Below are positions 26,696 through 41,600 of a stretch of DNA of 64,000 nucleotides, piece after piece. The DNA comes from Lingula anatina (taxonomy: Eukaryota > Animalia > Brachiopoda), in assembly GCA_051362555.1 (NCBI GenBank), contig CM120640.1, forward strand, positions 45,796,788 to 45,860,787, in the 5' to 3' direction. The translations under genes were made by a program, and so were the position numbers. The notes under the pieces were generated by a model that searched no databases, was not told where the DNA came from, and saw only the letters and a list, made by a program, of their open reading frames with translations. Positions within the stretch are counted from its first letter, which is position 1. Each line of letters opens with the position of its first letter.

Positions 26696-29600
26696 CGGAT
26701 GCCGAGTCTAGTTGAAATGGTTGGCACGTGGTGTTTGATATTCCAAAACTAGAGGAGGTCACTGAGTATTTTTTTCAATTTACAAAAATCGTTACAGGCA
26801 AAGGGAAAAACACAATGGCTGCTGTGGATAGAGTAAATAAAAATCTCAGGTCAGACCAGATGATAATATTTGAAGGAATTCACTCGACTCAATGAGAGTC
26901 CTCTTTTGGAATAAAAAGAAGCAGTAAAGAATAGTGCCCCCGAGGTCTTAAAAGACTTAGTTTTTGATGTGTCAAGACTCATTTGGTAAAACCTCGTAGA
27001 GAGTCAAGATTTTCAAAAAATATTTTAACGGCCTTGGAATTGGCAGCTCTGTTTAGCATCAAACGCGTGAAATTGTTTTTCCAGGCGTAAGCGCCGTGCA
27101 TTAAGAGATGAAATTTTACCCAAGTCCGTAAAATGGCATTTAAAATGCCTTCCGAAATATCAGTTATTCTTCCCCTCAGACAGGAAAGCTTTGTTATAAA
27201 ACCTAGTGTGCAAACTCTAGCGCGATTATCCCCGGCTCAAAACAAGAGGAAAACATTTCGGTGAACCGGGGTTACAGTCCGTGGCCTCGAGCCAAAGGCC
27301 ATTATAAATGTTGTATCAGGCAGAGGAAGTAAATATAGTTAGGGTATATATTTAATGTAATGTGGAGTAAGGGTTGATCAATTGTCGAGAGGTTGCAAAT
27401 AGTGTGCTCACAGGGCGTCATGCGATATATTGCAACTGGGGTTCCCCTGCATTTGAGCCCTCTTGAAACCTCCACCAGCACCTGTGTACATATTTGTTAA
27501 AATCAAACTCGCTTCTTTTTAAACTCTCTTTCTTTCTATGTGTGATTAACTAGAGGTGCAGCTCGCTATAAATATACAACCTGGTTGTCCCCTGCTTGAG
27601 GTCCGTGATTCATTGGCGGCGTAGCTTTTGCTTGCTGATCAACTCGAAGCATTTTTCTAATCGCATGAGATTCCTTTTATTTCGAGCTGAAAATCTGATT
27701 GAAGTGAACGGAGAGCTTCCTTTCGCTTTAAGGGATTGGAAATAAAAAACATCGGGGGCTAAAAGCCAGTGACATATCAGTAAAACTTAACGTAACATCT
27801 ATCCCTGTTGGGCGCTTTACCACACTGTGTGGACCCGGGTTGACTTGGTGCAGGGTTCAATGTATACACATCGAGTCGTGCCCGTAGAGCAAAATCCTTC
27901 CGCCGCGCCTTTACTATTTTCTATTTATTTTGTATTAATTAATTGCAACAGATTAGAGAGCAAATTGGAAAAGCGACTGGACAATTATAAAGACTTTGCC
28001 AAGTGAAAACTGTCTCGCTTACACAAGATTACATACGTGATTAGGTGCTCTTTCTGCTGTGCGTCCAACCTTCTAACGGAAAAAAAGAAAATCATCGATA
28101 ACTGACAGACTGTAGTACAGCACCAGCAAACCTGGTTGAAAATTTTATGGGACCCCTATAATTGCAACTTCAGTGTCAGAGGTTTGATGAGACTGGCAAT
28201 ATGACATGTAATAAGTAATGGAACAACAGAGTTAATAATACATAGGGGCCACGTCTTTCCATAAATGAAAATCGGGATCGTAGTTAGGTCACGCTGCACT
28301 CAAAAGATCACGCACTTAGAGTGAAGCACAATCCATGTAATGCCGAAACATTATGTTTTATTTATAAGCTTGTAACGAGATGGAATTTTTTTATTTGTTT
28401 ATTATTTTGACGTCTGACAAAAGGTAAGCAGTAACAATCCGGCTTTCTGACAAATGCACCTAGGTTTTAAAATGAATTTAACAAAAGTAAATCCGTCGCC
28501 TTTATATAAACAGACCTCAAGCGGCGTCGTTTCTGAATTTCCAGTCCACATTTTGCGTTTATTTCTTTTAGAAAAAATCCTAAGGGGTAAACAGAGTAAG
28601 CGCCATTGCTCTAAATTGCGCTAAAGGGGTATTATCTTTCTACGTGTTTGTGGTGTCACCGATTGGGCCATGGATAGACTGCTTCTGCCTTATCTACGGT
28701 TTTACTGGATTATTCGACTGAAACCAACACCACCGAGTCATTATAACATACTCAAATGAGTCCTTATTTCTCCCCTACTACCTCCTCATAGATCTCTCAC
28801 CTTTTGAAGATTATTTCTTTGTAAACTAAGGCGAATTTTTATTCAGATTTTCTTTCTGACCACAAAATGGGTCATGGTTGCGTAGTTAAAGGGTGTTTAG
28901 TGGATGAAGTATGGGAGTACGAAACATTTGTACACCTGCGTGTATGCAACTCGGCCAGGCATATCAGTCGAGCTAATCATTATCACTAAAGGCCGTTACC
29001 TTGTGTTTGCTTAGAACCAGACGTATCGAATCTGATAAACTACCCCGCGACTCACTCGGTACCAGTTCAGGCAGGCTCACAGTTTTACCTTGGTCACCGT
29101 AGTTCTGCTATAATCGTTAAAACCTTAAAATGATTGCACCGTGAAATAGATACAAAATCATTTGCACCCAAATGGTCATGCCACACTCACTGTTCTATTA
29201 CCGCCGAAGAAGAATATTTTTTAATTTCCTTAAAATCCAATATGCAAATCAGTTATTGATTTTTTAATGTTTAATTTTGGGGTTTGAATGTCTAAGCACG
29301 TCTGCCCTACTTTTTTAAAGCAAGGGTCCCGATACAATGGCACTAACCTTGAAGTGGTCTGGCAGTCATAGTTCCGCCATATTGGGTAATATTTGGAAGA
29401 CCAGGCCATAGTTGTGGCAGTTAAAGAGAATATACTTTGTCAACTCTGGTTAAAACCACTTAGAATGAAGTAAACATGAGGATATTAAACAGTGGGTGTC
29501 TTTTCTGTGGTCTTCCAGGTACAAACTCCCGTGTGATAATGATTCCTTTCTGTTATGTTTGATAACACCTTTGAGGTTGTTTATTTAAAATGGACGTTTT

Positions 29601-31116
29601 TGTATTATAATTTATTTTTGTACAATTTAGAATAAATTAGAATAGAGTCTGAAATATATAGTGGTTGGCATTTTTTATTTTAGAGAAAAATAATAGAATA
29701 CCCTGTCAGTATGGCACTGTATTTTTTCTACAACTTTGTAAAAAATGTATTAATATAAATGCTATTGTATAAGGAGATGATTTGGGTATAAAAGGGCATA
29801 AATAGACCTTTTACACGCACATTTTCAAAATTGTTTTGTCGACTTTAGAATGAAAAAAGGTAAACAAAAAAGGAAATGCTTTTTATTTGTTGACCTTTAC
29901 TGCCTTAAAAATTTAGTAATAGTTAGAAATTTTAAAGTTACAAAACATTTTCTGTCATTAATCCACATTGTAATTTTAGTTATGATTCACGTGACCATTA
30001 TCTATGATTATACATCGTATTTTTGCGGGCTGTAGAATTTCATCGTAAATCCTCGTTTGATGATACTGTAGTTTTTAATGGCTCCAATGTCGAGCTCTTT
30101 TGTGTCGAAGTCGTTTCACATGAAAATTACCTTTCTGACTTGTGGACAGTGTCAAGTTCAAACCAACGTCTGCTTCATCACTGTGCGCTTACAATACGTC
30201 GACAGATCGTTTTTCATTCTCTTTTTCACTCTGAAAGAAAAACGACGTATTTTATGGCAGAGAATATAAGAATAGCTAGAACCCGCATGGAGAGAAACAT
30301 TTTGGAATGATTTGGAGGTTCAACATGTCAAATATTAAATAAAAAGAGGCATTAAAATATGGGTGGATATTTTATTATTGATTATATATTTTCTTTATAT
30401 AACATTTTTAACAATGTGATGAGAAAATATATTATTCAACTACACATGAAAAATACAAAAAAAAAAAAAAATTGGGCAAGTTATATCAAATATAATATTG
30501 TCACGATGCCGATATTTATGGGGTATTGTTTTTAATCAAAACTGCGCTTTGTGTATGATAGGCTCTATCGGTATGGTTCGAAAAATTCTAACTCAGCCTA
30601 TCGAACTTTACCCCTCTTAATTTTGTGACAAATCCAGACAAATTTCCAGGAAAATAAATGATCTAACTTTACAGCTTTCATTTTCATCGAGCCTCAGGAT
30701 GTATCCAATAATATGAAAAATAATAAGCTTGAACCTTAAAAGGCGATGTTAATCACGTACAAAATGGATGAAAAATAGATTTATATGCTCATGCACCCGG
30801 GCTATAATAATCTCTTGTCTCGTGCATGCCCTAGATTGCATGTTGATGTAAGCGTGTGTGTGTTTTATCAATCTAATCTCAATATCTGAAAGTCACAAAT
30901 CCATGAAAACATATAACCAATGTTGACCGCTAAACTAAAATATTTACAGAACAGTAAAGGAGAACTCAAAGCAATTTTATATTAAAGAGAGAGAGAATAA
31001 TTTAATGTAAGTGCATTGTTTTTCTTATAAAGGAGAGAATTAAAATGTGAATATTTTTTCATTTATTTGAGATGTTATTTTAAACAGTATATATAAATAA
31101 CGACTCATTGAAATGA

Positions 31117-31428
<312 letters not shown>

Positions 31429-32880
31429 AAGAGGCCAAACTTTAAAAAATTCTTTTGAATTCCATCGTTCTGAGAATTTTTCTTACTTGACAGAAAGCTC
31501 AAAACTTTGGCGCATGCGCTAAATGAACGGTGCCAAGAAGGGGGCCATTTTGATCATGTCTTACTGCAGGCTTTGGTCTAATGGAATGGAAACATTTCTG
31601 CACAGAGAGTACAATACAAGGCGTCACTTCGTATAATAATAATAATAATAATAAAAACTTCTACCCTATGTGCCACTTTAGCATAACAACCACTGGAGAG
31701 GAGTTAATAATATTGTTTGCACAATTCACTACACATGGGGATGTTGAGGGTACCCCCAAAACAATCAGACCTTGATATTTATATGCATTTCCAAGTAGTC
31801 TTTCATAAAAGGAGCAGGAACGACATCTTCAACTGATCCAATGGCAGCCATGTTTTTTACTAACTGAATTTAAGATGCGAGATATTGTACATTTTTTCAT
31901 GTGCGGAGAGAGCAGTATTTGGATGCTTGAAAAGTGCATGCACGAAGCAAACACTGGAATCAAGGAATAATCTGCAAGATATTTGTAAGATGAGATGCTG
32001 TGTAACAGCAAACTTTACGTGGTCCAAGGAACTTTTTAAGCCTAGATAGTGGGCAAAAAACGTTCGGTAAGACTATAGAAGGTCTCTAAGAAGGATAAAG
32101 GGTGAGAAGTATGTGCAAGCTGACTTACAGTTACACACTGCCTTGAAAAGGAAAGAAAAGTTTACTTTTTATCACTCACATTTTTGTGTGTTTTGAACAC
32201 TTACTAAATGTTTTCATTGTGTAACATAAAACATCGGTGTTTTTAATATTAAATAATAATTAATGATAAAAACAAAGGTTCCAAAACCTTTTTTGAATGC
32301 ATAATCGTCTAGCAGATTCTTGAGTACCGTTTGTTTAGACAGTGTTTGTGTGTAGTGTTACAACGATGGACAAGAAACTGATAGGTGAATATTGTGTTGA
32401 TAATCGTGTCAGTTGTTAAGATAGGAACTGTTGGTTTGATGTGATTCGTGGCAAAGATGGACAGTATCAAATGCTCTCTCCAAGTCCCCTACCATTAAAT
32501 GAATGACGTAGATATCAGGGACAAAATCACTTGCTTCAGTCTTCTATTTTAGACAGCCACATACAACATTTTAAAAACAAACCGAAGTGTCACAAAACCC
32601 TTTATATATGACGGTGATATAGCACTTAACCAAAATGAGAATTTCCAGGATTTTAGAAGCCCACTATATGTGTAAGATAGATATAATGTTTTATTTTTAA
32701 TTTACCTATGTAAGTAAATATTTGATTATTATAAATAAGAGACCTTGTTTATAAGATAATTATATGTACGAAATTTCAAATGCAGAGTAGATTATTAGGT
32801 GTTGAAAAATGTCTATATATAGCAAGGCCAATGCAGAAAACATCAATATATATTATCTATTATATATCTTCATGTTTGTG
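31429..32880 (+). other. NR2F: Probable COUP-TF 3'UTR (end uncertain)
   Basis: AU-rich, (AAT)n at ~31635-31652. The only AATAAA I found is inside that repeat; ATTAAA at ~32248 and ~32494; GT-rich tract ~32873-32890 may be a downstream element. Confidence 0.45.
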
Positions 32881-33969
32881 TGTCGTCGTTTATATTCTAT
32901 GTGGTTCAAAACCAAGACTTGCATAAGACATTTTAAGTTAGTTGCACAACCAGCATTTTTGTTAAGTTTTGCTTAACTTTTAGTATTTTCTGTCATTACA
33001 TTTCTGATTAAGGATTGCGTCATACCTTGTCCTCTAAGGGAAGACTACAAGCACGCTATAGCTTAAAGCTATGCAACGATGAGATTATGACACAATTTGG
33101 TAAAATATTTGTACTGAAGTGCTGTGCGAAGGAGAAAATGCTCAGATTATTTGTTTGTTATTGGTAGGATTACGGTTGAATTGTTGGAATTGTGGATAAA
33201 TAACAACAAGCGAGGCTGGCCGGGTAGCAAGGCGCTCGTCAGCGGCATAATTTCGTGCTGAATTATTCTCATTTTTGGTGCTCACTCAATTCGTAAAATG
33301 TATTTAAGGAAAAGTTGAATAGTATCATTGAAAACATTGCGCACGTAGTGTGGCCGAAATTTTTGTTGGATGTGAAGTGAGTATGGCTTGGCCATAGTAA
33401 TATAGTAATTTTGACTAACGATCTCAGCCGTATTTGGTTATATTAAAACACGCAATTAGACAGGTTGGCACTAGAAGCTAAGTTTCTGTAATAGAAAAAA
33501 ATATCAGAGATATTGTATCCCGTAGATATGTTTAGATATTGTAATTGAAACATTCACAGATTGCCCTAGCTTTGCCACTCTCGTCTTGTGTTCCCATCTC
33601 ATTATTATTATTAAGTGATTTTGTATTTCTGAGTGCTGAGCCTTGACCGCTTCAGTGGAGAACCTTCATACTACTATAGGTTTATTAAGAATTGCTATCA
33701 GCATTTGAAAGGAGACTTTTCTTAATACGAAGACTAAATGTTAATTTTTGTTTCTTTATTTTTCTCAATTTTTGTGTTGCGGAATAGTGTGTCGTCCAAG
33801 ACGACTTTTCAAGTCTTACAACAATCATCTTTTGCATTTCCCATGTTTCTGTTGCTTCATTAAAATCTGAGTTTGAAAACTCTACATTTGCTGTTTATTT
33901 TTTCGGAGAATGTTTCTTTGAATTGCCGGTGGGGTAACAGTTAAGGTTGATACTTCAGTCACGCTTGAC

Positions 33970-34057
33970 TTTATATGGGCTGGTGGGCGGGCCAATGCCC
34001 TAGGGTTGTATCCCAATGGCACGGTCTCACGAGGTACCTCGAGGTGCCGAATCCAAT
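33970..34057 (-). promoter_or_regulatory. Promoter-like module downstream of COUP-TF (TATA on - strand, GC box, 3x CCAAT)
   Basis: TTTATAT 33970-76 (ATATAAA on -); GGGCGG 33985-90; CCAAT at 33992, 34013, 34053; palindrome CGAGGTACCTCG 34030-41. Confidence 0.35.
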
Positions 34058-35616
34058 CACTTTCTGTGGCGAAGTGTCAGCTTACTCAAGTCACCGGCAA
34101 ACGGGATACGTTTAACTCAATTTAGAATACATGATGCAAAAACAAGAGAAATTCAGATCGAGGAAAATATACTGTATTCCAAATTCATTTGGCCTCCTTT
34201 TGGCAAACCAATACGTATCTTGAGTGGCATTGTATACGCCAGTAATCCATAATGATTATTACACGTATATCTGAGCTCGGAATGACCTTTCATGTAACTG
34301 CATTGACCTGTCGGACGTGGTATGTAGACAGGCCACCTAATAAAACCTTTTGTTTTCATAGATCAATATAGTCTCGAGAATAATTAAAATCACTTCTTAA
34401 ATCTATAGAGAATCCAGTGTACGTGAATATTTCATAACCATGATGTCACAAGCCATTTAACCTGTGTTCCGAACCGTGTAGAAGCTGTCTGTTGTACTTA
34501 TGCTAGGACGAAGCTTGAAACGATCAAGAGGGCAGGCCTCATTCACGAATGTTTTGAATTTATGATATTTGTTTTGGGATAGAGACTCAATTTACTTTTT
34601 GCTCTTAATCGATAGAGAATGCAACCTCAGAGTAATTCTTGCTGACCCGCGAGCACAAACGCTCACCTGGAATAAGGGGTTTGTTTGCTTTCAGGAAAGT
34701 AGCGTCCATTTGAAATAATTAATTGTAGAAATGTCATACAAAGTGTTTAATTCGCTCTAGCAAATGTGCTTTATCGGTATCAGTTCACTCTAATAGAGAA
34801 CACAAGATCGATCGGGAAAGTTTGTACTACCCCAACGAGAATTTAAAGTGAGTTGCATATATACATATGAGGCTTTAAAGCTGGTAATACAGAACTAAGG
34901 CAGTGTACTTGTTTTGTTCTTTGAGTATATGTTCATCGTGCTCATGGGGCACCATATTACATACACAGGCATCTGTACTTTAGTCACTGGTTTGTCACTG
35001 CAGTGTTCCTGAAAGGGTTGTCAGAATAACGGGACCTCTTGTCAGAATTCCAACTGGTTGAATGCACGATCATAAACATCGACCCTGATGCAGGCGGTGC
35101 TTGACTTGGTTTCAGATAAAATACGGCAGTGAAAAAGATGGCGGTTTTGTCATAAGGGTTGTTTAGTTACAACCTTGCTTTAGTTCCTTTCGTGCCTGAT
35201 AAACAATCCGATTTCCGAAAGGCATATGCAAGTACTGATGGTATTGAGAAAGGCATTAAGGTATTTTGTCTGGGCGTTTTGAGTTTTTCGAAGGTGAAGA
35301 TGTTTTTTTGGCTGGCATACCACTCTGCCATAGTTATATTGACTGACCGAAGAGTAGACCCTGACCTTTTCCCACCTGAGTTGCCGGATAATTAAGGCTG
35401 TTTTGTTGATTAAAAAAACCAACAAACGCGTATGAAGAGCTCAATAATAGCTCTGCTTTTTCCCTTAACAGCTTAAGCGGTGACCACAAGTTGTAAGCAG
35501 GAATCCTTCCAATTTTCTTTGTTTCGAGCAGACGATAAATTGGATAATTGAAACTGACCAAACGAACATTGATTTCAGAATTGATACAGACCAACAAATG
35601 TCTGTTGCTGCTTTAC

Positions 35617-35642
35617 AAAAAAAAAAAAAAAAAAAAAAAAAA
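35617..35642. repeat. poly(A)26 run
   Basis: Direct read. Confidence 0.9.
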
Positions 35643-38600
35643 TCGTGACAAAACACAGCATTTAATTTGAGACTTTGCTCAAAATTTTACTGCAAGATGT
35701 TTGTACTCGAGGTGCTTGCACTTGCAAACGTTTCTTGTCAATTTATGCCAATCACGTTATATTGCAATAGTGTCTGCTTCTATTGTGAAGTATATCGATG
35801 TTCCAAACAGATGAAAATATAGCAAATAAAATTGATACAATAAAGTACACAAGAGCGAACACAGATAGGATATTGCTGTATCCAATTTAATGCCATAACC
35901 TTTCGGGCTGTATGGGGCTCTGGAAACCATAAATTCAAATGGAACAGTAACATAATTGGGCTCATCAATTTCATATTCTATTTAAAGTCCTCACTTTATT
36001 TGTCCATTTCTCATCTACGAATCTGTTGCATCTCAATGTTTACCCTTAGCATTCACACAAAAATCTTCATTGCGAATTATCCAGGTATAAACCCCAGTCA
36101 TTTTGACCGCACTCTAAATGACCTTTTATCAGGCTTGCCCTGTAATCGAATTTCTCATTATAACACTAGCAAAAAACCCTTAAAACGTGCTTTCCTTCAA
36201 ATGAACACCGAATTAATGTCAGCGCGTCCTTGGTTGAAACATGTGCATCTTTTTTATTTCTTTTTTATTTTTATTTTATTTATCCCTTTTTCTTCTGAGT
36301 TTGGCCTTTTATGTTGCACTCTGGTATTTTAGTGCAATTTAGTGTATTATGTGGGGCGAACTAATGAAAACTACCACATGCACAGATTGAATGTTTTCAA
36401 TGACTGGACGTTACCCTAACAGTGGGTGTGAAGCGAAACCTCGGGGTATTTACTGTGTTTCGTTGCTTTTTCTTTTTATCTCCCCCATCTGGGTATTTTC
36501 AGCGTTTTATTATTTGTTTGCAAGCACTTCTACCGGTATTGGGTATGATTTATGAGAAGCAAATGGCTGTCGTTTTAAAGGGCTTGCTATGATGATCACA
36601 TTCTCACCTTTCGCTGTCAAGATTGCGCCGAGGATTAACCCGAGTGAAAAGGTGAAAATACCATTATACAGTAGATTAAAGCAAAGAATGTTTAACTTTC
36701 AGTTAAAGCTTATCCTGCGCTTTCATTTAGCATTTAATGTCCACAGTATTCCTCTCGCTACTCGGCAACTGGGACATTTAGGACGCGTTTTTTATGGATG
36801 GATCTCAAATCGAATTAAAGGCAAACTAGAACTTCATTAGTATTTATGGCTGTGACATTAAAATTCATGGGCCGGTTGCTTGCTTTTTGGACGGGCACTA
36901 AAGGTGAGCGTTGAGACGTTGACTGTCTCCATTCATTCTCTTCTTAACTAAGGGGACCAAAATAAGGACTGAAAGGGCCCAGGGTCGCCCCGTCAGTCGT
37001 TGAAACTTAGTTAATTTAAACACTATTGACAGCCTAACATAGCACGAGGTGAGAAGTATGCCCAATGTGTTTGTCATTGTCCAAATCAGAAGGTTGTCAA
37101 GCATGCCCCCCTTTTCCTTTTCAATCCACTGATGGAAGTTGTCTAAACAGACCAATTCAAAGCCCCCAAAGACCGTGGGATCGAGGCCTTGCAACTGATC
37201 TGCCTCATGACAAAACAGGGCGTATTTTTTTGCCTAACCTTTCTTTTGATATGTGCAAGGCGTATATTTAATATGAACATGCCTGGTTAGGCGTCCTTTC
37301 CGCTTTATACGTCCTCACAAAAGCCATTGCAGCACGCTAGACAACACCAGACCCTGCACCCTATTCATTTGTGTTGCCTCTATCGCTTTCAATGCCTACA
37401 TGACGTGTAATGCCGCACACCGAAAGACCCCCAACGTCACCCCAGTCCGGCTCAGAGAAATGGCGGCAGGCACTCGGCCGTACCCAAAGACCCGTGTTTT
37501 TCATTACGTCACCACGGTTCACTTGATGACTGGTTCTTACATAATTTTACGGTCTGATTGTTTCCTTGATATTCATGAATAAATATTTATTTCCTTTTTC
37601 ATTAACGTGCGAAAAAATATTAAACTGCATTGATTATTACGGCTTCCCTTGACGTGTTCACATAGGCTCATTTGTGCTGATATAACATTGTATTATTTCT
37701 TTCGATTGTTAAGAAATGTGTTCAGACGTCATACGGTTGTTTTACATAAGCTTCATCCCGATGAGTGAGTTTCCACGTTGGTCTTGAGAAAAATAAAATG
37801 GGGAGGGGGCTTTTCTGGTGGCTACAGAAGCCTTATCAAAAACAGATATGCTCAACTTCACTGTTATTTTACAGCATTTCATCGCCGAATTATCCTCTCA
37901 GTTGGGACGGGTCTTGTAGCTGGAGAAGGATGACTGAACATTGTCTCGAGATTATCCCTTTCAGAATAGCTTATCAGATATTAATTGAAACATTCAGCAC
38001 CTATTCAAAAGTAATGATCCTTTCTCTCGCCGTGGTCCCGTCATGTGTCTTATTTGACAGGTAGAAGGTTGTCACTCTAAAACGCTGGCACACGTTACAT
38101 CGCATGTTGGGCGCGAAATGTTAATTATTTGCTTATAATATTACCGGGAAATTAGCTTTTAAAACAGAAGATTGACTCTTCGGAAAAACCACAAGGTTAT
38201 GCATTGTGCTCTGGCTCGCTGAAATATTGGCCAGGCGAGGTTCCACTGGAGAGTTGTTCATTTTCCCGTCGAACTAGTCATTAAGATAATTGTGTTTCTG
38301 TAATGTAAAAATCGAACTGGGCTGCAAATGTAGATGCGAAATAAAGAGTTGACGTATGGCCATGACGTTAAACTCTTGTCTTTTTCATTTGTTTTTTAGG
38401 ATGTTCCCTAGCAAAATTTACAATTTTTACACAGAAATCATCGCAGAGTTATTCACTGTGCAATTTCACATAAAGATTATTGTCATGTTAAAGCCGATGA
38501 AAGCAAGGCCAGTGTATTAGTAGTGTAATCAGTGTTAGGGGTTTTATCACAAAGGCATGGCTCCCCACTTATTTGTAGCTAAATTAGTTTATCAACAAAA

Positions 38601-41600
38601 CAGATACCCATTGCCGTCGATAATATAGAAACAACGTTTTAAATGAATTTTCACAAAAGAGAGAGATAATCAGAACATTGCAATCCCTCGACGATGGAAT
38701 CTAATTTTACATCTTCTCGTGATGAACTGAGAATTTGTATGATATTTATTATTTTTTTCAGGAGGTTTTATTTTAACAATGATCCATTTCTAAAATGGAT
38801 ATACATTTTGTTTATGAGTCGATCTAAAATGTTATAATACGTTGTTAACTACGGAATTTTCTTAAGCATAAATATTCATAATGATGTGACATAACCCTAT
38901 AAAAAAGAAGGATAAAAGACCTTATGTATTTTTAGATTTATCCAAAGAATATGACGTCGATAATGAGCAGACGAGAGTTATCCAGGCCATCAGTTGTGTA
39001 TACTAATTGGCATGCGCAAAATGTGCACGTCCCAGCACCCTTACATATGTCTCAATAATTTCGGCTTTGAAGTGAAAATAAAATGTTGAGTCACATGATC
39101 ATTTACCAACTCAAAGAACCCATTTGTATCGATTATTTCTAAATAGGACAGCAGGCCAGAGGAAGAGCGTGTTTCTAGGGGAACTTTTGGGAAAACGTAA
39201 AAATTAAAAATGATGTGTTTTTTGTACGAGCTCCAATGTGTTACTTTGAGTTAGATGTATAAATTGTCTTGAGGCACGGGTATAAATTATGGTGTTTGTT
39301 ACGCAGTCTAACCCAATTTGCGTGCGCGGACCCAGGTGAAGACAGAAACCACATAAAATATATCTTGAGGCTCATGATAGTCTTCAGTGATTTTTCCTTG
39401 TCTCTGCGAGTTAGGTCACCTCGGTGTGACAGCAAAGTACTAGCAAGTGTCATTACCGTGCAACTGTTCCCCATTGGGTTTCTTTCGAGGAGTAGACTTT
39501 GATGAAAAATCGTAATGAACCCGCGACTTCTTGGTCTGCCCATAAAGGTTACACGGTGTCACACACAGAGCCATTTAGAGACAAATTTAAACAAATTTGA
39601 TCCATTAAATCACGTTAAATAGGCGTTTTCAAAGCACCGTCCGGTACCTGCGTCGAGTAGACTAATTAGCGAGAGATTTAGACCCACACATAAACACATT
39701 ACCTTTCTTTCGTCTGTTTGTTGACCGCGACTGAACTTTCTCAAGAGATGGAGGGGTAAATCCCATAAAAACCGCGGTATCAATTTAATCTGCTTTGAAT
39801 ATTCTTTGCCCAAAGCTCACCCGGTGAGAAAAGACCTTAATACCCCGACCTCCATTAAACTGAACTATGTTTGATATAAGGATTTCAATAGCACTTTTTT
39901 TCTATAAAAAAATCTATTGTCCCGCGTCCTGCAGGTTTGGCCTCTGCTACATCCTTGACCCCAGATGAGAAAAGATGGGCACTGAGAGATCACCAAACAT
40001 GATCCATATCAAGTGGAGATCACAGTCTATATTTAATAATACTGGTAATACTGGGATATTCGAAATACCGGAAGAAGCAAAACGCAGATAACCCTAATCC
40101 CGTCGACCTGGCAGTGCATTCGCATACATCAGTACAAGCTGAGTACGGCAATTTGTTAAAACTTTGGGAATGCTTTGGGCTCCACGGGAGTGTCGCAGGA
40201 GCTTTCAGCAATATATATCAGCCTGTGTGTGTGTGTGTGCTATATGCCAGGCTACTACCAGTTAGTTCTACCGGGTGCAATGCACTTAGTACCACGAGCA
40301 GGGCGGATTAACCAGGTTATTCACATGTTTTTATGCTGGCTCTTGTTGTTTATAAGTGATAATGGTTCCAAAGCCATCAACCCGTGCCCGCGTACGAACG
40401 CATGGGCAAAGACATTGTTGTCAGAGCCAGTCAAGCCTTTGAAGGAGGCGCCTTGCTATATACCCTGAACATTAAAGGTATTAATTATTTTTTAAAATTC
40501 CATTTCCTTCTAATATCCGATATGCACTTTGATTTTTGATGTGCAAACCGAGAAGCTATATGTTTGCTTTTGTGCTTTCCTGTACAATGTATTACTATCG
40601 AGCAAACCTATTTCTTTGGCAGAGAATCTCTCAAGACACGTGCAACGGTATTGTAAGAGCTACAGTTCCCTTTGCTTGTATCTAAGTAAGTTAATTTTGC
40701 AGTCAGATTTTTTTCTTCGTGCGAAGAAAGAAATCTGTTAATTACCGGGCTTAGTTACATTTCAAGGACCGGGCACACAATGAAATCATTGCCTGCTTTC
40801 TTAAACTTTAGATCTTTCAAGTAAATGAGGAAAGGTTGCCTATACGCGAGGAAGTGGGAAGTATGGAAGTGTGCCAAGTGGCACTTTTGAGTAATTGGTT
40901 ATGTCATTATTCGATTTGATTTCATAATCATATCTACCCTCCATTGTCTTACGGTATTCTATTCAGCCATTTCTTTAAAAAATAAGCCTATTTAATCGTG
41001 TCATATTTTAAATGAATATTCTTTATATTTTATTTCAAAACAATGGTATTTATTTCAACATTCGAGTAAGACTCACGCAAAATCTTATATGGGTATTTAT
41101 TTGATTAATAATTATGTTTACAAATTAACAGCATAACACACCCGTCATTTTGGCATTTTTTATATCATATTGCATGCTATACGTGAAGGGTTAGTATGAA
41201 TGTATAATTATTCATTGCTCCCTTCATTTTCTGCAATCCACTCGTGTTGCCAAGTATGGTGCCAAAGATCTACAGAGGGAAAAGCTGCTACATCTGGCAA
41301 ACAAATTCCCAAAGAAAAACCAAAATGCCTGATTGAACACCGCCCCTTGCTTTTCTTGCTCGGATTTTAACGAGCATGTATGAAAGAGCTCGACGATTGG
41401 GTGGCCTTTAGATTGCAGCAGGGCCGGTTGTCAGTTTTTGTCGTTCAATTTGAACTCTGGAAGCAGAGTGAGCGAAAAGCACAGTGTGGAAATCGTGTTT
41501 CTGGTAAAATATTTCCTGGCCATATGCTGGTTCGTGATTTCTTATCTTGCAGAACATGGAAAAAAGTACCCACCAACGAGTAGAAAAAGGAACCTTGATA

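Noticed and set aside
33524-33542. AGATATGTTT resembling the 5' end of miR-190
   Set aside because: Match ends after 10 nt and there is no proper precursor hairpin
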